NCBI RefSeq assembly: GCF_000143415.4
Contig: NW_003314265.1
Location: forward strand, 2,559,181-2,623,180
DNA: 64,000 bases
Direction: 5' to 3'
DNA from: Selaginella moellendorffii
Lineage: Eukaryota > Plantae > Lycopodiophyta
Shown here: positions 35,418 to 47,220 of the stretch, one piece after another
Layout: every line of letters starts with the position of its first letter
Numbering within the stretch: position 1 is the stretch's first letter
Position numbers and translations under genes: made by a program
The notes under the pieces: model-generated
What the model was told of the DNA's origin: nothing
Seen by the model: only the letters and a program-made list of their open reading frames with translations
Databases searched by the model: none

Positions 35418-37984
35418 ATGACTGATTTACCTGCGAGGAAGTACAGCCAGGTCCGCCTTTCATGGAATTGTTTGTGAATGATTTTCGGGACTGCCATAGG
35501 ATGGGCGAGATGAAACCAATTTTCTACCGGGAGATCCGGCAGTGAAGCACCAGCTCGGTGAGGTTGGAGACGATTCACTTTTTAAGGTGGGCGTGGGCTT
35601 TGGTTTTGTCCGCAACCAAAGGAGTTTCCATTGATCCAGGTAAGGAAGCCATACACGATCACCAAGCAGCGAGAGAGGTGGACGGAAGAAGAACATCAAA
35701 AGTTTCTAGAGGCTTTGAAACTCTATGGTCGGGCATGGCGTCGGATTGAAGGTGAGGTTCTAGAGCTTTACCATGGAGTTTTGATTAGAGTTTTCTTTCT
35801 TTCCAGAACATATTGGCACCAAAACTGCAGTCCAGATAAGGAGCCATGCTCAAAAATTCTTCTCGAAGGTGCGTTTGAAGGAACGAGTTTGAAGGACTTG
35901 GAATGAACTTGGGGTTTTTCTTTGTTTCCCTTCCAGTTGGAAAAAGAACAGGCAACTGGAAGCATCGTTCCAGGTACGGCTCAAGATATTGATATTCCTC
36001 CACCTAGGCCGAAGCGAAAGCCAAGCCATCCGTACCCGCGTAAGGCAAGCATGGAAGTTTCTCCAGGAGCTCTTCCTATAACAGATTGTGACGGAAAACA
36101 GGTACGGTCTTCTTTGCCATTCTCCTTGTTACGAAGCTGGTCTTTACTATCGCTCTGGTTGTGCAGTGCCTTACCACTATGGCAATGGAAAAAGTACTGG
36201 AAAAATGTCAGGAAGAGCTTAAGTTATTCGGTCATACAGTTGTAGTCCCTACGGTTACTCGAGCAGTGGTGGTGAACGGGCAAGTGCCGGAAGATGCTAA
36301 AGGCGCTGAATCTGAAGAAGTACGGGAAAAGAATGCCTCAGACATTAGCATGCTGGTTTCCGAGAATGACAGCTCGAACGGCCAAAGTGACAACCGATTA
36401 AACAAGGATGGAAGCTCGACGGTAGCTGATCAACAACAGGAGCTGGCGGCGCTGTACTACTCAAAGTTTTGGGAGAGCTTGCAAGGTTCGGACAGAGTCT
36501 CGCCGCCTTATAGCTTCTGCAACCTGGGGATGGACCGAGGAGGTAACCCGATGTTTCCTCTGTGGCAACCTTCAGTTTATACTGCGGCAGCGGCAGGGAC
36601 ACCACACTGGCCAACCCTGCCCAATGTCAACGACTTAACTTCGTCCGTCATAAGAACTGTATTGACGGGCACACCATCTGACGTCTACAACACAGACAAC
36701 TCCCCTGCTGCTTTTGCTGCTGCAACGATCGCTGCAGCTTCAGCGTGGTGGGCATTGCAAGGTTCTGTACAGCCGACTTTCCTTCCTCAGTGCATGGTTC
36801 CTCATCCAGAAGTTCACATGACGGACAGGCATGACCAGTGTCACGGAGGAGCGAAAAACAGGAAGCCGGACGGCATTGATGAAATGCCACAAGATGATGA
36901 CGACAACTCGAACATTTCACCGAGTTCTAAGAGGCTGAGCAGCAGCTTCGAAAACAAGGACGCTGGAAAGAGGCGAGTGAAGTCGCGATCTCTCAAAGAG
37001 GATCAACCTCCTTCCTCGTCTGGAAGCGACGATGGCAACGGGCACTGCGACGCTGGTGGACAAGGGAATGGTGACGGAGACGCATCTGGAAACAGCGGCC
37101 CGAGCTCCAACTCGTCCCACTGCGGCACCGCTCAAGCCACGGTCAAGAGTGAGGAGTCCTCGTCCGACAAGAATAAGAGTGAGGGAGAAGAGGCTTTAAC
37201 CGAGGAAGCTGCTTCATTCAAAGCTCCAAGCTTCCAGCATGCCAGCAGTCATCACTGCTCTCGGTTCCGGAGGTTCCAGAGAAATCCAAGGCCGGCTCGT
37301 AGCAGCGGCTCGGACGGGGAGCAACGCAAAGAAGTGTCTCAAGGGGTTAGCTTTTTTGTTTCTCTTTTCTGTTTAAAGACATCCATCTTTTTTTACCAGG
37401 GCCGAATGGCGTTCCAAGCTCTCTTTTCACACCAGAAGCTACCTCAGACGTTTTCTCAGAGGAACAGTTTCCAACAGGACCAGCAGCAGCAGCAGCATGA
37501 GAGGAAATCTTTACCAGAGAGTGAGACGAGCGATCTGGAGACTGTCAGCGAGTGGAGCAAACAAAACAGCAGCCTTGACATAGACAAGATCACGAACAAC
37601 AGGACCGGCAGCAGCTTTGGAATCTCCAGCATGGCCTCGGAGACCAGTTTGCTCTCGTCTATCCTCTCCAGCTCTGCGAGCAAGGGCAGAAGAAGGTCCG
37701 GGTTCGTGCCATACTGCCGGACAACGACGAGCAACAATGCTAGTGGTGGTGATACCAGTGGTGGTGACTGCAATGGTGATGGTAAAGGCAGTGGTAGCAG
37801 TGGTGGAGGAGCAAATCCAAAGAGAAGCAGCGCCAATGCTCCAAGTGATAGTACCGCTGTGAATAACAGATTGAACGTCGAGGAGCGAGGATCATCGACC
37901 TGTGCTCTTCAGGACCATCTAGTATCAGCTTCGTCGAGAAATATTGTGAGGCATTTGATGGAAGAGGAAGTGAAGCAAAGCTAG
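35418..37984 (+). CDS. LHY: CCA1/LHY-type single-MYB circadian clock transcription factor
   Basis: [74 protein letters not shown]. The start codon is inferred from manual splicing. Confidence 0.9.
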
Positions 37985-38092
37985 TGTGTGTTTGCGTAGC
38001 TTCTCTCGTTGTATATTATTATGTCCAGACCGATCCTTGGTTCGAATCTTCGATCCTGTCGTTATTTAAAGGGCCAAAAGGTCTTGTGACTT

Positions 38093-38851
38093 TTGGCGGG
38101 GCTTGCTCGGGAGCCGTTGGATCCACACCATCCAACGGGCCTTACCTCCCCGCGATTAGGGCTCTTGCGAGGAGCGAGCGGATCCTTTCTCCGGGCGAGA
38201 ATGTGGTGGCTAGAGAGAGCCGATCTGCTCAAGAGGGGCGCCTCTGGCGCCCACCAGCTGGGGACGTATCCGCGCACGGCGGATCTATGGCTCAAGGACA
38301 AGCTCCACGACAAGGAGAGCAAGCGCGCCTACAGGAAGCCGCTGGATTTCACGCTCAAGCCGGTGAGGAGGCCTGACATCAATCCCCTCCGGCCGGATCT
38401 CCGGATCCCGATCGAGGAGGTACTTCCATTCGATGAGAAGGATTCCACGGGGTTTGAGATCCCGTCTTCGTGGAGGGAGCGGCTCAAGGAGAAGCACACC
38501 GCGGATGGCAAGAAATACAGGCTGGAGAAGGAGGAGGAGGTTGTGATCGTGGAGAAGGAGCTGACGCCGGCGGAGAAGGAGCAAATCTTGCTGGAGCAGG
38601 AGGGATTTGTGGCCAAGAAGAGGCTGCGATGGAGAGTAAGGGCCCGGTCACCTGAGGTGATAGAACCAGAGCAGCGTCTTCTTGGGTCGGGTGTTGTGGT
38701 GAAGCCCAGGAGATTTTTGGGTCCGCGGATCGTCAGGGAGAGTGCGTGCTGCCAGTGTGAGACGTGCTTCATGTCGAGTGAGAGCAGCAGGCTTGGATGC
38801 AAGAGTCTATTGAATCATCCGCTGGTCGTCAAAGGGAAGGCTTTTGCGTGA
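38093..38851 (+). CDS. Hypothetical 252-aa charged protein
   Basis: Uninterrupted ORF with GC3-rich codon usage like its neighbours; no family recognised. Confidence 0.5.
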   Translation: MAGLAREPLDPHHPTGLTSPRLGLLRGASGSFLRARMWWLERADLLKRGASGAHQLGTYPRTADLWLKDKLHDKESKRAYRKPLDFTLKPVRRPDINPLRPDLRIPIEEVLPFDEKDSTGFEIPSSWRERLKEKHTADGKKYRLEKEEEVVIVEKELTPAEKEQILLEQEGFVAKKRLRWRVRARSPEVIEPEQRLLGSGVVVKPRRFLGPRIVRESACCQCETCFMSSESSRLGCKSLLNHPLVVKGKAFA

Positions 38852-38980
38852 AAGAAGTAAAAGAAGTGGAAGAAGGAGAAGACAAAGGAAAATCAGTTCT
38901 TCAGTGGTGGTTTGCTTCTATAGGTTTTAGCTGGTAGAAGAAGTCGAGAAGCATAAGAAGAACAAGAAGAAGAGGCGAGA

Positions 38981-40733
38981 ATGCGTTCTAACACTGCGTG
39001 AGTGAGGCTGATAATTCTTTCAGGACGTTCTCGCGAGCTTGCAAAGCAAAGAAAGGCCGGACAGTCGGGGAACGACACCGGGATGGATCAAAAGAGCTCT
39101 CGTCACAAAGCCACCCGGTCGAGCCGAAGGTGAATTTCAGCTCCTGCTAAGATTTTATTTTTCTCACAAGCGCTACGTTGATGCTTCCAGGTTTAAGAGC
39201 GCCTGTGTCAAACATCGGTGCAAAGCTTAACAAAACAGCCACTGGACTACGACTTTGGTGAGAGCCTTAATACTGTAGTGAATTCTAGACGTGCGGTTCT
39301 TCTTAGACAGGCATGAGCAAGTATTCGATGGCGAGGGTCGTCAAGTGACTGGGATTTTATTGAGACAGACAAAAGAAAGTGCGCAGTTTGCAGGTACGTA
39401 GACACCCGAGAGTGATTTTGTTAGCAGCTGTTTCTTATTTTCTTATACACAGACTTGGAACTCTGCAAGCCAATATCGAGCTTCTTACGCATCAGCGTTC
39501 CTCCGGAGTACAGTTCGGCAGCTAGGATAAGTCCTGAGGAGCAGGAAACTGCGATTGAAAAGGGAGGCCACGGTATATCAGATTATACTTTTTCTATTCT
39601 CATGGTAACAGGTCGATGATGTGCGAACTATATAGGTGCATTCAAGGATGAGATTGTGGACAAGAATGTGCTCTTGGAATCAATCAGACGAATGAATGAT
39701 CCGAGCCAAATGAAACAGGAAGCCTCAGCTGTCCTCTGTCTGGGTGTTCTTTATGACAATGGCCAGGTATGCATTGTTCGGGTTTATGAGTTGCGGATGT
39801 GGAACATATGTGTATTTTAAGCAAAGCTCAGGATTACACTCGAGCTGTGGAGAACTACAAAAAGTTTTGCGAGCTCTGCCAAAATACTGGCGATGCCAAA
39901 GGGGAAGCAATGGGGTACAACTTCATAGCTTGTTCTCTGCAAGAAGACCAAGACAAGAAACTAAAGACTGAGAAAGTCGAGAAGGTCGGACCTATGGGTG
40001 AGCTTGAATTGTCTACGGAGGCCACCATGCAAGTAAGTAGCTTGCATTCACTCAGCGTATAAAAGCTCTTGACGCTGTTGTATATCGTTTCAGTATGAGG
40101 AGGCACTCGCTTACCACGAACAGCATGCGCATCTGGCAGATCTCGAAGGGAAATATATGGCTTACACCAACGCTGGAATCCTTCATGCAGCGCTTGGAAA
40201 TTGGATTGAAGCTGCCCGAAGCCACAGGGTACGTTGACTTCCTTTTGTTTAGTGCCTTGCTTTTGTCTCGTTTGACGTTTCCCGCTGTTTCTTCCAGAAA
40301 GCTTTGAAGTGTGCGACATACATGCGAAGACCAGAATATCAAAGCGTGGCAGTCGGCAACCTGGCCTACCTCTTACTGCGACGAAGAAAACTAGGAGCAT
40401 CGAGATTGTGCACGAAAAGGTCCTCGTTTCCATTTTCTTTTCCGTGGGTGTGTGTGTGTCCCACCGAAAACTTAAACAACGTTTGTTTCTTCCAGGTACT
40501 TGCAAATCTGTGAATCGCTCGGTTTCACCGAAGGCGAAGCCCGGGGGCACTACATGCTCGGCCACATTTTCACGCAGCAGAGGAAGCTATCCGAGGCTGC
40601 CGAGGAGTTTAGAACCGCGGGCCGCATCGCCAAGAGCATCAACAACATGGTGCTAGAACACGCGGCCAAAGTTCTCATCGGCGTCTCCAAAGGCAAGCTC
40701 GAGTATGGCAAGCTCGGCATCGGTCCCTGCTAA
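38981..40733 (+). CDS. Tetratricopeptide-repeat protein (TTC29-like)
   Basis: Multi-exon; TPR helices LGVLYDNGQ..AVENYKKF, EALAYHEQH..AYTNAG, GEARGHYMLGHIF, C-terminal AKVLIGVSKG. The start is uncertain. Confidence 0.7.
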
Positions 40734-41959
40734 AAGAAACAAAGACGAGGAGCACGCACGCCACGCACGGCCGATGATTACAAACGATCCGGAGCGATCC
40801 CAACCGCTCGCCGATTCCACGCCGGAATGTACAATGTCGCAACGGAACGTGTACGACGGTGATGGATCCCCGTACGGCAGGGAGGATATCCCAAATCCAA
40901 GGAGGGGATTACCGTTGCGCGGCGGTGGCTGGCGGCCGTCGGATGGGACGCTATGGCGAGGGAGCGATGATTGATAGCGACCGCAAGGTGGGCGTAAAAT
41001 AACCAAAGTTTAATCTCGTGCATTGTATATGGTACAAAAATTTTAATCACGAGTTACGGTGGTGTGAATAGTCTTGGCATGTGGTGGATGTTGAAATGTG
41101 AATGGCTTTTTTTCTTTTTTCCTTCTAGGGGGGCGTGGTCGTTATAGAAACAAACCACCCTCCACATGGAAGGCTGTTAGTTGCCGGGGAAAGGGAGGGG
41201 GAGATGGGGGAAAAATTGACACCACCCCCCCAACACCTTTGCAATTGCTTGATTGATTTTGATATTGCTACCTTGGCAATTGGAATGTAGGGCTCGTGGT
41301 CGTGATCTCGCGCGTCCACTGCATGTAAAGGTTTGTCGTTTGGGTAGAGAAGTTGATGGGGACGCTGGAGTTAGGGTTTGATGATCGTCGCGCCGGGCTC
41401 GTTCCAACAATTTCTTATTCCCCGGTTGGTGTGATGGATTGGCTCGAGCAGCAAACACATGACGGGCTAACATGCCCCGGCGCTGACACATACTCTGGGA
41501 CAGGATCTTTGGAGCTCATGATGCCAAGAGCTCTATCCATCTACACTCTTTTGTAGGTTTGTGGTTTTGGTTTTGGTTTGGTCAAACAGCTTTTAACGGG
41601 TTTTGACCAGGAGTTGACTGGGTGGATATTCCACATTTTTCGAGCGTGATCATGGTAGACGGGGAAGCTTCGAAATCTCGCAAGGTCTTTTATGCATTTG
41701 TGGTTAGACCTAGAAAGAAGGTGTTGAAAACCCAAGGATGCGATTAAATGCCCAACTAAAACTCTCACCCATGGAAATCGATCTCCAAACCAATCGTGTA
41801 CTTTGGATGCGATGCGCCACCACCCACAACAACACAACATGTCCACAACATGCTGTGTTTTTAACAGCACACTGTTCATTTGCCCAGTCTCTAGAAAACG
41901 AAAGGGGCTTTCTTTCTCTTCTATTCATTAAAATAGAGAAGCGAAGGTACGCAAGCCAG

Positions 41960-42072
41960 GAGCTTGATCCATCAAATACAATCTTCCAGAGGAACTTGAA
42001 TTAATCAATCCATCAATTACAATCTTCCAAAAGAGCTTGGATGAATCAATCCATCAAATACAATCTTCCAAA
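41960..42072 (+). repeat. Three-copy ~40-bp tandem repeat
   Basis: atccatcaaWtacaatcttcca occurs three times. Confidence 0.8.
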
Positions 42073-42387
42073 CTGGTGGCCGAACGTAATATAAAATTAG
42101 GGCAAAAAGCTCAAAATGCCCTGAGCCGGCATTTTGCCCCTCTTTCCCCATATAAAATAACGGGATGTCAGCAAAAGAAAAATTAGGGCCAACAGAGTCG
42201 TCTTTCTTCTCCGGCCGAGCAAGAAGCTCTCCCTCTTCTCTCTCTCTCTCTCTCCTCTCTCTCTTCTTGCGCGCGCGCTCCAGCAGCTAGACAACAATGT
42301 CGTTGTGAGATCGCTCAATCCGGCGGCCATGGCGCTCTAGAGCTGGATTTCTTGCGGGAAAACCAGGAAGGAGCAAGAAAGCGCACA

Positions 42388-44188
42388 ATGCAGGTCCAAT
42401 CTTTCGTCGCCGCGGCCGCTCTCGCCATAATCTTGCTCCTCGTCCCCGCCGGCGGGCAACAAGATCCCCGGATTCATCCGCGCGCCGCCGCCGCCTTGAC
42501 GAGCATCCTCTCCAAGAACAGCAGCAGCGGCGCCGGCATCGCGCATCAAGAATCTCCTTCTTCTCCCTCTCCCTCCCTGCTTCTTTCCTTGCATGAGCAC
42601 CCCGCGCACAGGAGCTTCTTCAAGGCGCCGGATTCCGCCGTCCGGCTGCTCAATTCCTGGGCGCGGCGGCGCGGCGGGAGGATCAGGCACGGCAGGGGCG
42701 TGTGGAACCAGCAGATGCACAAGAATCGCAAGGCTCGGAATCCTTTCAAGCAGATGGCCATCTCCAAGTACCTCATCGTGGATCAATACGGCCATGGGAA
42801 TTTCAAGACGATTCAGGCCGCCGTGGATTCCATCCCTCTCGACAACAAGCAGTGGGTCTACGTCCAGATCAATGCCGGCCTCTACAGGTAAGAAGAAGAT
42901 TTCTCCTTTGTCGCAATTCCTAGCAACGATTCCGGAATGGATTGATTGACGAGCAGGGAGAAGGTGATCATCCCCTACAACAAGCCCTTCATAATCTTCC
43001 AGGGAGCGGGGAGGGACAAGACGACGATCGAATGGAACGATGCCGCTAGCCGGTCGGGCACGGCCGACAGTGCTACATTCACGGCTTGGGCCCCGAGTTT
43101 CATCGCCAAAGGAATCAGCTTTAAGGCAAGTACTTGGCTTTTATGTCTTTGCGTTCGTGCTTGGTTTGACAAATGGTTTTTTTTTTTTTTTCTCCTCTGC
43201 GATTCATTGTGGTGATCAGAACGGATCACCAGCACCACCTCCAGGAGCCGAGAACAGGCAAGCGGTGGCCGCGCTGGCAGCAGCAGACATGCAAGCTTTT
43301 TACTCCTGCGGCTTCTACGGCGCTCAGGACACCCTCTTCGACTATCAAGGCAGGCATTACTTCCGCGATTGCTACATTGAGGGATCCATCGACGTGATCT
43401 TCGGCCATGCCCAGTCCATTTTTCGGGTAAGTTCTAGTTTAGTAGTGATCGATCGATCTGGAAACTGACGCTGGCTTTTCTTATCTTCAGGAGTGTGAGC
43501 TCCATAGCATTGCGGAGTCGTATGGCTCGCTGGCTGCTCACAATCGCTGGAATCCCAGCGACAGCTCCGGTTTCGTCTTTGTGGATTGTACCATCACCGG
43601 ATCCAAAGGGCAGGTGTTTCTGGGGCGTGCCTGGGGAGCCTACTCCCGCATCGTCTACATCAACACGCGCATGGACAATGTGATCATCCCCGAAGGCTGG
43701 TACGATTGGGGGGTGCCGCAGCGACAAAGGTACTTAACTCCCTCCGGCATCCTAGGATTTTTTTTCTTTCTGGACAAGGCTTGCTTCCGGCATTGGCTTT
43801 GGTTTTTTCTCCATGGATTTTGGCAGGCATTCCCGCATTGTTTTCTTGGCTGCTTGTTGGCTTGCTTTGTCTGGAGTCGCGGGGATTGCGACTGCCTGTG
43901 TATTGGATTCGTTTTCCTTTTAAATGCTTTCCTTTTTGTGTCTCATGGGATGCCGCTCCTCGCGATTTGGAGCAGGGGTCCGTGGAAAGATTCCTCACCC
44001 GATGCTGTTTCTAATCTCTGTAAGCTTTTGCCTCCAGGACGGTCTTCTTCGGCCAGTACAAATGCAGTGGACCGGGTGCCGGCGAATCGGGCCGTGTCAG
44101 TTGGTCTCACGAGCTCAACGATTACGAGGCCAGGCCGTTCATGCAAATCAACTTCATCAATGGCCACGAGTGGCTCTCGGAGGTGTGA
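42388..44188 (+). CDS. Pectin methylesterase (no PMEI pro-domain)
   Basis: Signal peptide; GNFKTIQAAVD, GLYREKV, QAVA, FYGAQDTL, YIEGSIDVIFG, FLGRAWG; multi-exon. Confidence 0.95.
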
Positions 44189-45409
44189 ACAACAACAACA
44201 CCAACAACACCAGTTACACCACCATCGCTCGCAAGGAGAAAACAAGGACATGTTGGTGGTGGTGGAAGTCGTGGCTGAGTAAATTCTTTCTTTCCTCCTT
44301 CCCTTTCTTTGCTCGATCTCTCCCTCTCTCACTCTTCGTTTTCTTTTTTGGTCTGAGGCTGTGCGAGGCAAGAACGAGTAACTTTACATATAGAGTTGGA
44401 AGCGCTGGCTGCTTAATTGCTCGCTCCCGGTTCTTGCATTCCACTTATCTCTCTCTCTCTCTCTCTCTCTCTCTACTCTCTTGATTTTGGGTCTTAGGTG
44501 ATACATAAGCGCGTATCAAGAGCCGCGATCAGTCAAACGTAAGATCGAAAAAGGCAAATAAGTCAGAAGGAAAAAGGAAGAGAAAAATAGAAGCATGTAA
44601 AAGGTAGCTCTCGAATCGAAACGAAACAAACAATGGTTTTATTTCTACGAGAAAGAGAGAGCGTGGAAAGGCTGTGCCGCCATAGCCAGAGACCTTTGCA
44701 AGCTCGGGGAATGATTCGCGCTTCGAGTGGCCTGTCACTCGCGCTAGTGAAATTCTTTTTGCTTTCGGTTATGTCTTTATGGCCCATGGTGGCCCCGGGA
44801 AGTGAGGGAGGTATATTCCGTAACGGATCCCGTGAAACCTCCCAGCAAGCAACAGTGCGTGTTTTGTGTCGTGTTTGTCCCGCAAAAGTGGAACAATGGT
44901 AGAAATCCTTCTTTTCTGGTTTCGTTCTTGGTTGTCATGAAAACCGTTTCGAACGGTTTTGTATGATTAGTGCGCGCAAAGGCTGCTGTGCTGCTGCTCC
45001 TCGTTTGCGCGCTTCCCTTGTCTCGCAAGAAACGAGCAAGAGACAATGAATGGGAGAGAGAGGAAAAGTTTTCTTTTTTCCAGGATGTTTTTCTTCCTCT
45101 CTTTCCCTGTCCTTGACATTTCTTTGGCAACAAGAATGTTACATGTAAAAGTAATGTCAGCTAGCTGACTTCTAGATCGATCCAGCTTCCGGGCTGCTGC
45201 TTAAGAGTAGCTGATTAAGCGAAACAAAGAGATTCTGGAGGAGCAAAAATTACCAAAGGAATGAAAACGAAGAAGAGTGTGAGAGAGGAGTGAGAGTGAG
45301 CGAGAGAGAGAGAGAGAGAGAGAGAAGAAAGTTGTACTCACACAAAAAACACACAAAGACATGCACACTCACACTCACTGTGCCTGGATTGGTGTAGAAA
45401 CCTTTCATA

Positions 45410-46318
45410 TCACAATCGCACGTCCGTCTCGCAATCGTCGCTGCTGCTGTTGATCGCTACTGCTTTGCCGTTGTCCCTGGCCATGGCGGCGGGCTCGTTG
45501 TCGTCGTCAACATCCTCGTCGCCGCCACCATCGTCGCCACCACCTCCACCTCGGCCACCGCCGCCACCCGCGCGCTCCTCGTCCGAGTCCGGTAGCGGCA
45601 GGAGCAAGCACATCCCGGTCAGGTGGCCGTTGATGCACACCAGGTACTCGATGCTGTTCTCGTAGTCATACGACGCCAGCCGCCGCTGCGCACTGGGCGG
45701 GATCATCCTCGCCTCCATCATGCTCCACACCCGCGACCGGCAGAACGGGCAGCACGCCCCCTCCTCCAGCTTCCCGCGGTCCAGCAGCATCTGCCGCGTC
45801 TTGGACGCCCCGAACGACTTGAACACCCCGCGGAAGAGGCCCACGTCCTCCTCGTCGTCCAGGTGCTCGCACAGGTCCGTCACGTACAGCACGTCCGAGC
45901 GGCACTTTGGATGGAGGAAGCTCCGCCCCGACGTCCGCGAGAAGCGCGACTTCAAGACGAGGTGGCCGCCACCCGGCGGCGAGAGCGACTTGAAGTGGCG
46001 CGTCGAGTGGCAGCCGGCGCAGTAGATCATGAGCTTGCCCAGCTTGTCCCAGTTGATCTCGATGGCGTCGTTCTTGACGCCGAAGGACAGGTCGGCCGCC
46101 ATGCGGGGCGCGCGCGACAGGCAAAACTTCTTCCACATCTCCAGCTTGATGAGCTCGTTGAGCGCCTTGCACACGCATGCGATGGCGCACAGCATGTACG
46201 GGTTCCAGTTGGCGTGCCGCAATACCAGCTCCAGGATGTCCTCGTTGAGCAGCCCAGCACCTTGGCCATGGTGCTGGTGCGGGTACCGCCGCCGCTGCCT
46301 GGGCTGTCTCGACAGCAT
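45410..46318 (-). CDS. EID1-like F-box protein
   Basis: LNEDILELV F-box start, KLMIYCAGC, SRFSRTSGRSFL, DVLYVTDLCEH, VCINGH. Confidence 0.92.
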   Translation of the reverse strand: MLSRQPRQRRRYPHQHHGQGAGLLNEDILELVLRHANWNPYMLCAIACVCKALNELIKLEMWKKFCLSRAPRMAADLSFGVKNDAIEINWDKLGKLMIYCAGCHSTRHFKSLSPPGGGHLVLKSRFSRTSGRSFLHPKCRSDVLYVTDLCEHLDDEEDVGLFRGVFKSFGASKTRQMLLDRGKLEEGACCPFCRSRVWSMMEARMIPPSAQRRLASYDYENSIEYLVCINGHLTGMCLLLPLPDSDEERAGGGGGRGGGGGDDGGGDEDVDDDNEPAAMARDNGKAVAINSSSDDCETDVRL

Positions 46319-47063
46319 TGCTCAGCCTCGAGCAACCTTGAGCTTGCTTTCTTCTTTCCTGTCCCTGTGCCGAGCCCCTCGACTCGCTGTGACCTCGCCT
46401 AAGAGTAATCGTTAAGGCTTTTCCGACTAGACCACTCTCCTTTGTTTTGGATGGAAACATACCATGAGCGAGGCTGCCAGCTTGTCCTTGGTTCCTGTAG
46501 TCGACCACTGTGACCGGAACGAGAATCTGGACAGCCGAACCATGATCGATCAGCGTAGGGGGAGGAGGAGCTCTCTCTCACGGAGATCGAGTCTCTGGAT
46601 GCTCCAATTCACCTGTCCAAGTCGGATGAGCAGTCAGTGTTTGCGAAAAGAAAAATAGATAAAACTTGAAAACCAACCAGGGGGAAAGAGAAGTTTTTGT
46701 TTTTCAAAAGTGGACAAGAAAGTATAGTACTGCCCAATGAATAACTCTTTCGTGAAATTCGCGTCAAACAGGCGAGAGAGAGAGAGAGAGAGGGATGGAG
46801 AGGGAGGCGCGTGTAAAGAAACGTAATCTAATCACTCACCTGTGAGCATCGGGGAGCGAAGCATCTCCGCAGCAGCAGCCAGAGGCAAATTCGCACACGC
46901 CATTGCGCGCATTGCCGCAAACCCTAAAACCGACCTTGCCGCATTCGCGATCTCTCGATGCGCCAAGAAAGGGGCGCCAGCGCCGGCGCGCGCGAGAGCT
47001 AGGGCTGTTTGCGCCACACACGCAAGCGAGGAGCCATATAAACGGGCATAGCTAGGCCCGCGC

Positions 47064-47160
47064 TGACGTGGGATGACGTACGCCAGATTGTCATCCACGC
47101 TGGCCGAGATAACCTTTACTACACGTGGCAAGCACTACTTGGATACACGTGGAAATATCT
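47064..47160. promoter_or_regulatory. Cluster of G-box/ABRE motifs upstream of the EID1-like gene
   Basis: TGACGTGG (47064), TGACGTAC, ACACGTGGC (47121), ACACGTGG (47145) and AAATATCT (47153). Confidence 0.5.
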
Positions 47161-47220
47161 CATATGCCACTATAAATATCGCGTAGGCCCCATTTCTACT
47201 GTTTCCCCTTACTACTTATA

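Noticed and set aside
40740-41500. Possible structured ncRNA (telomerase RNA or miRNA) in a GC-rich intergenic segment
   Set aside because: One telomere-like 9-mer, but no Pol III USE/TATA arrangement or recognisable conserved motifs.
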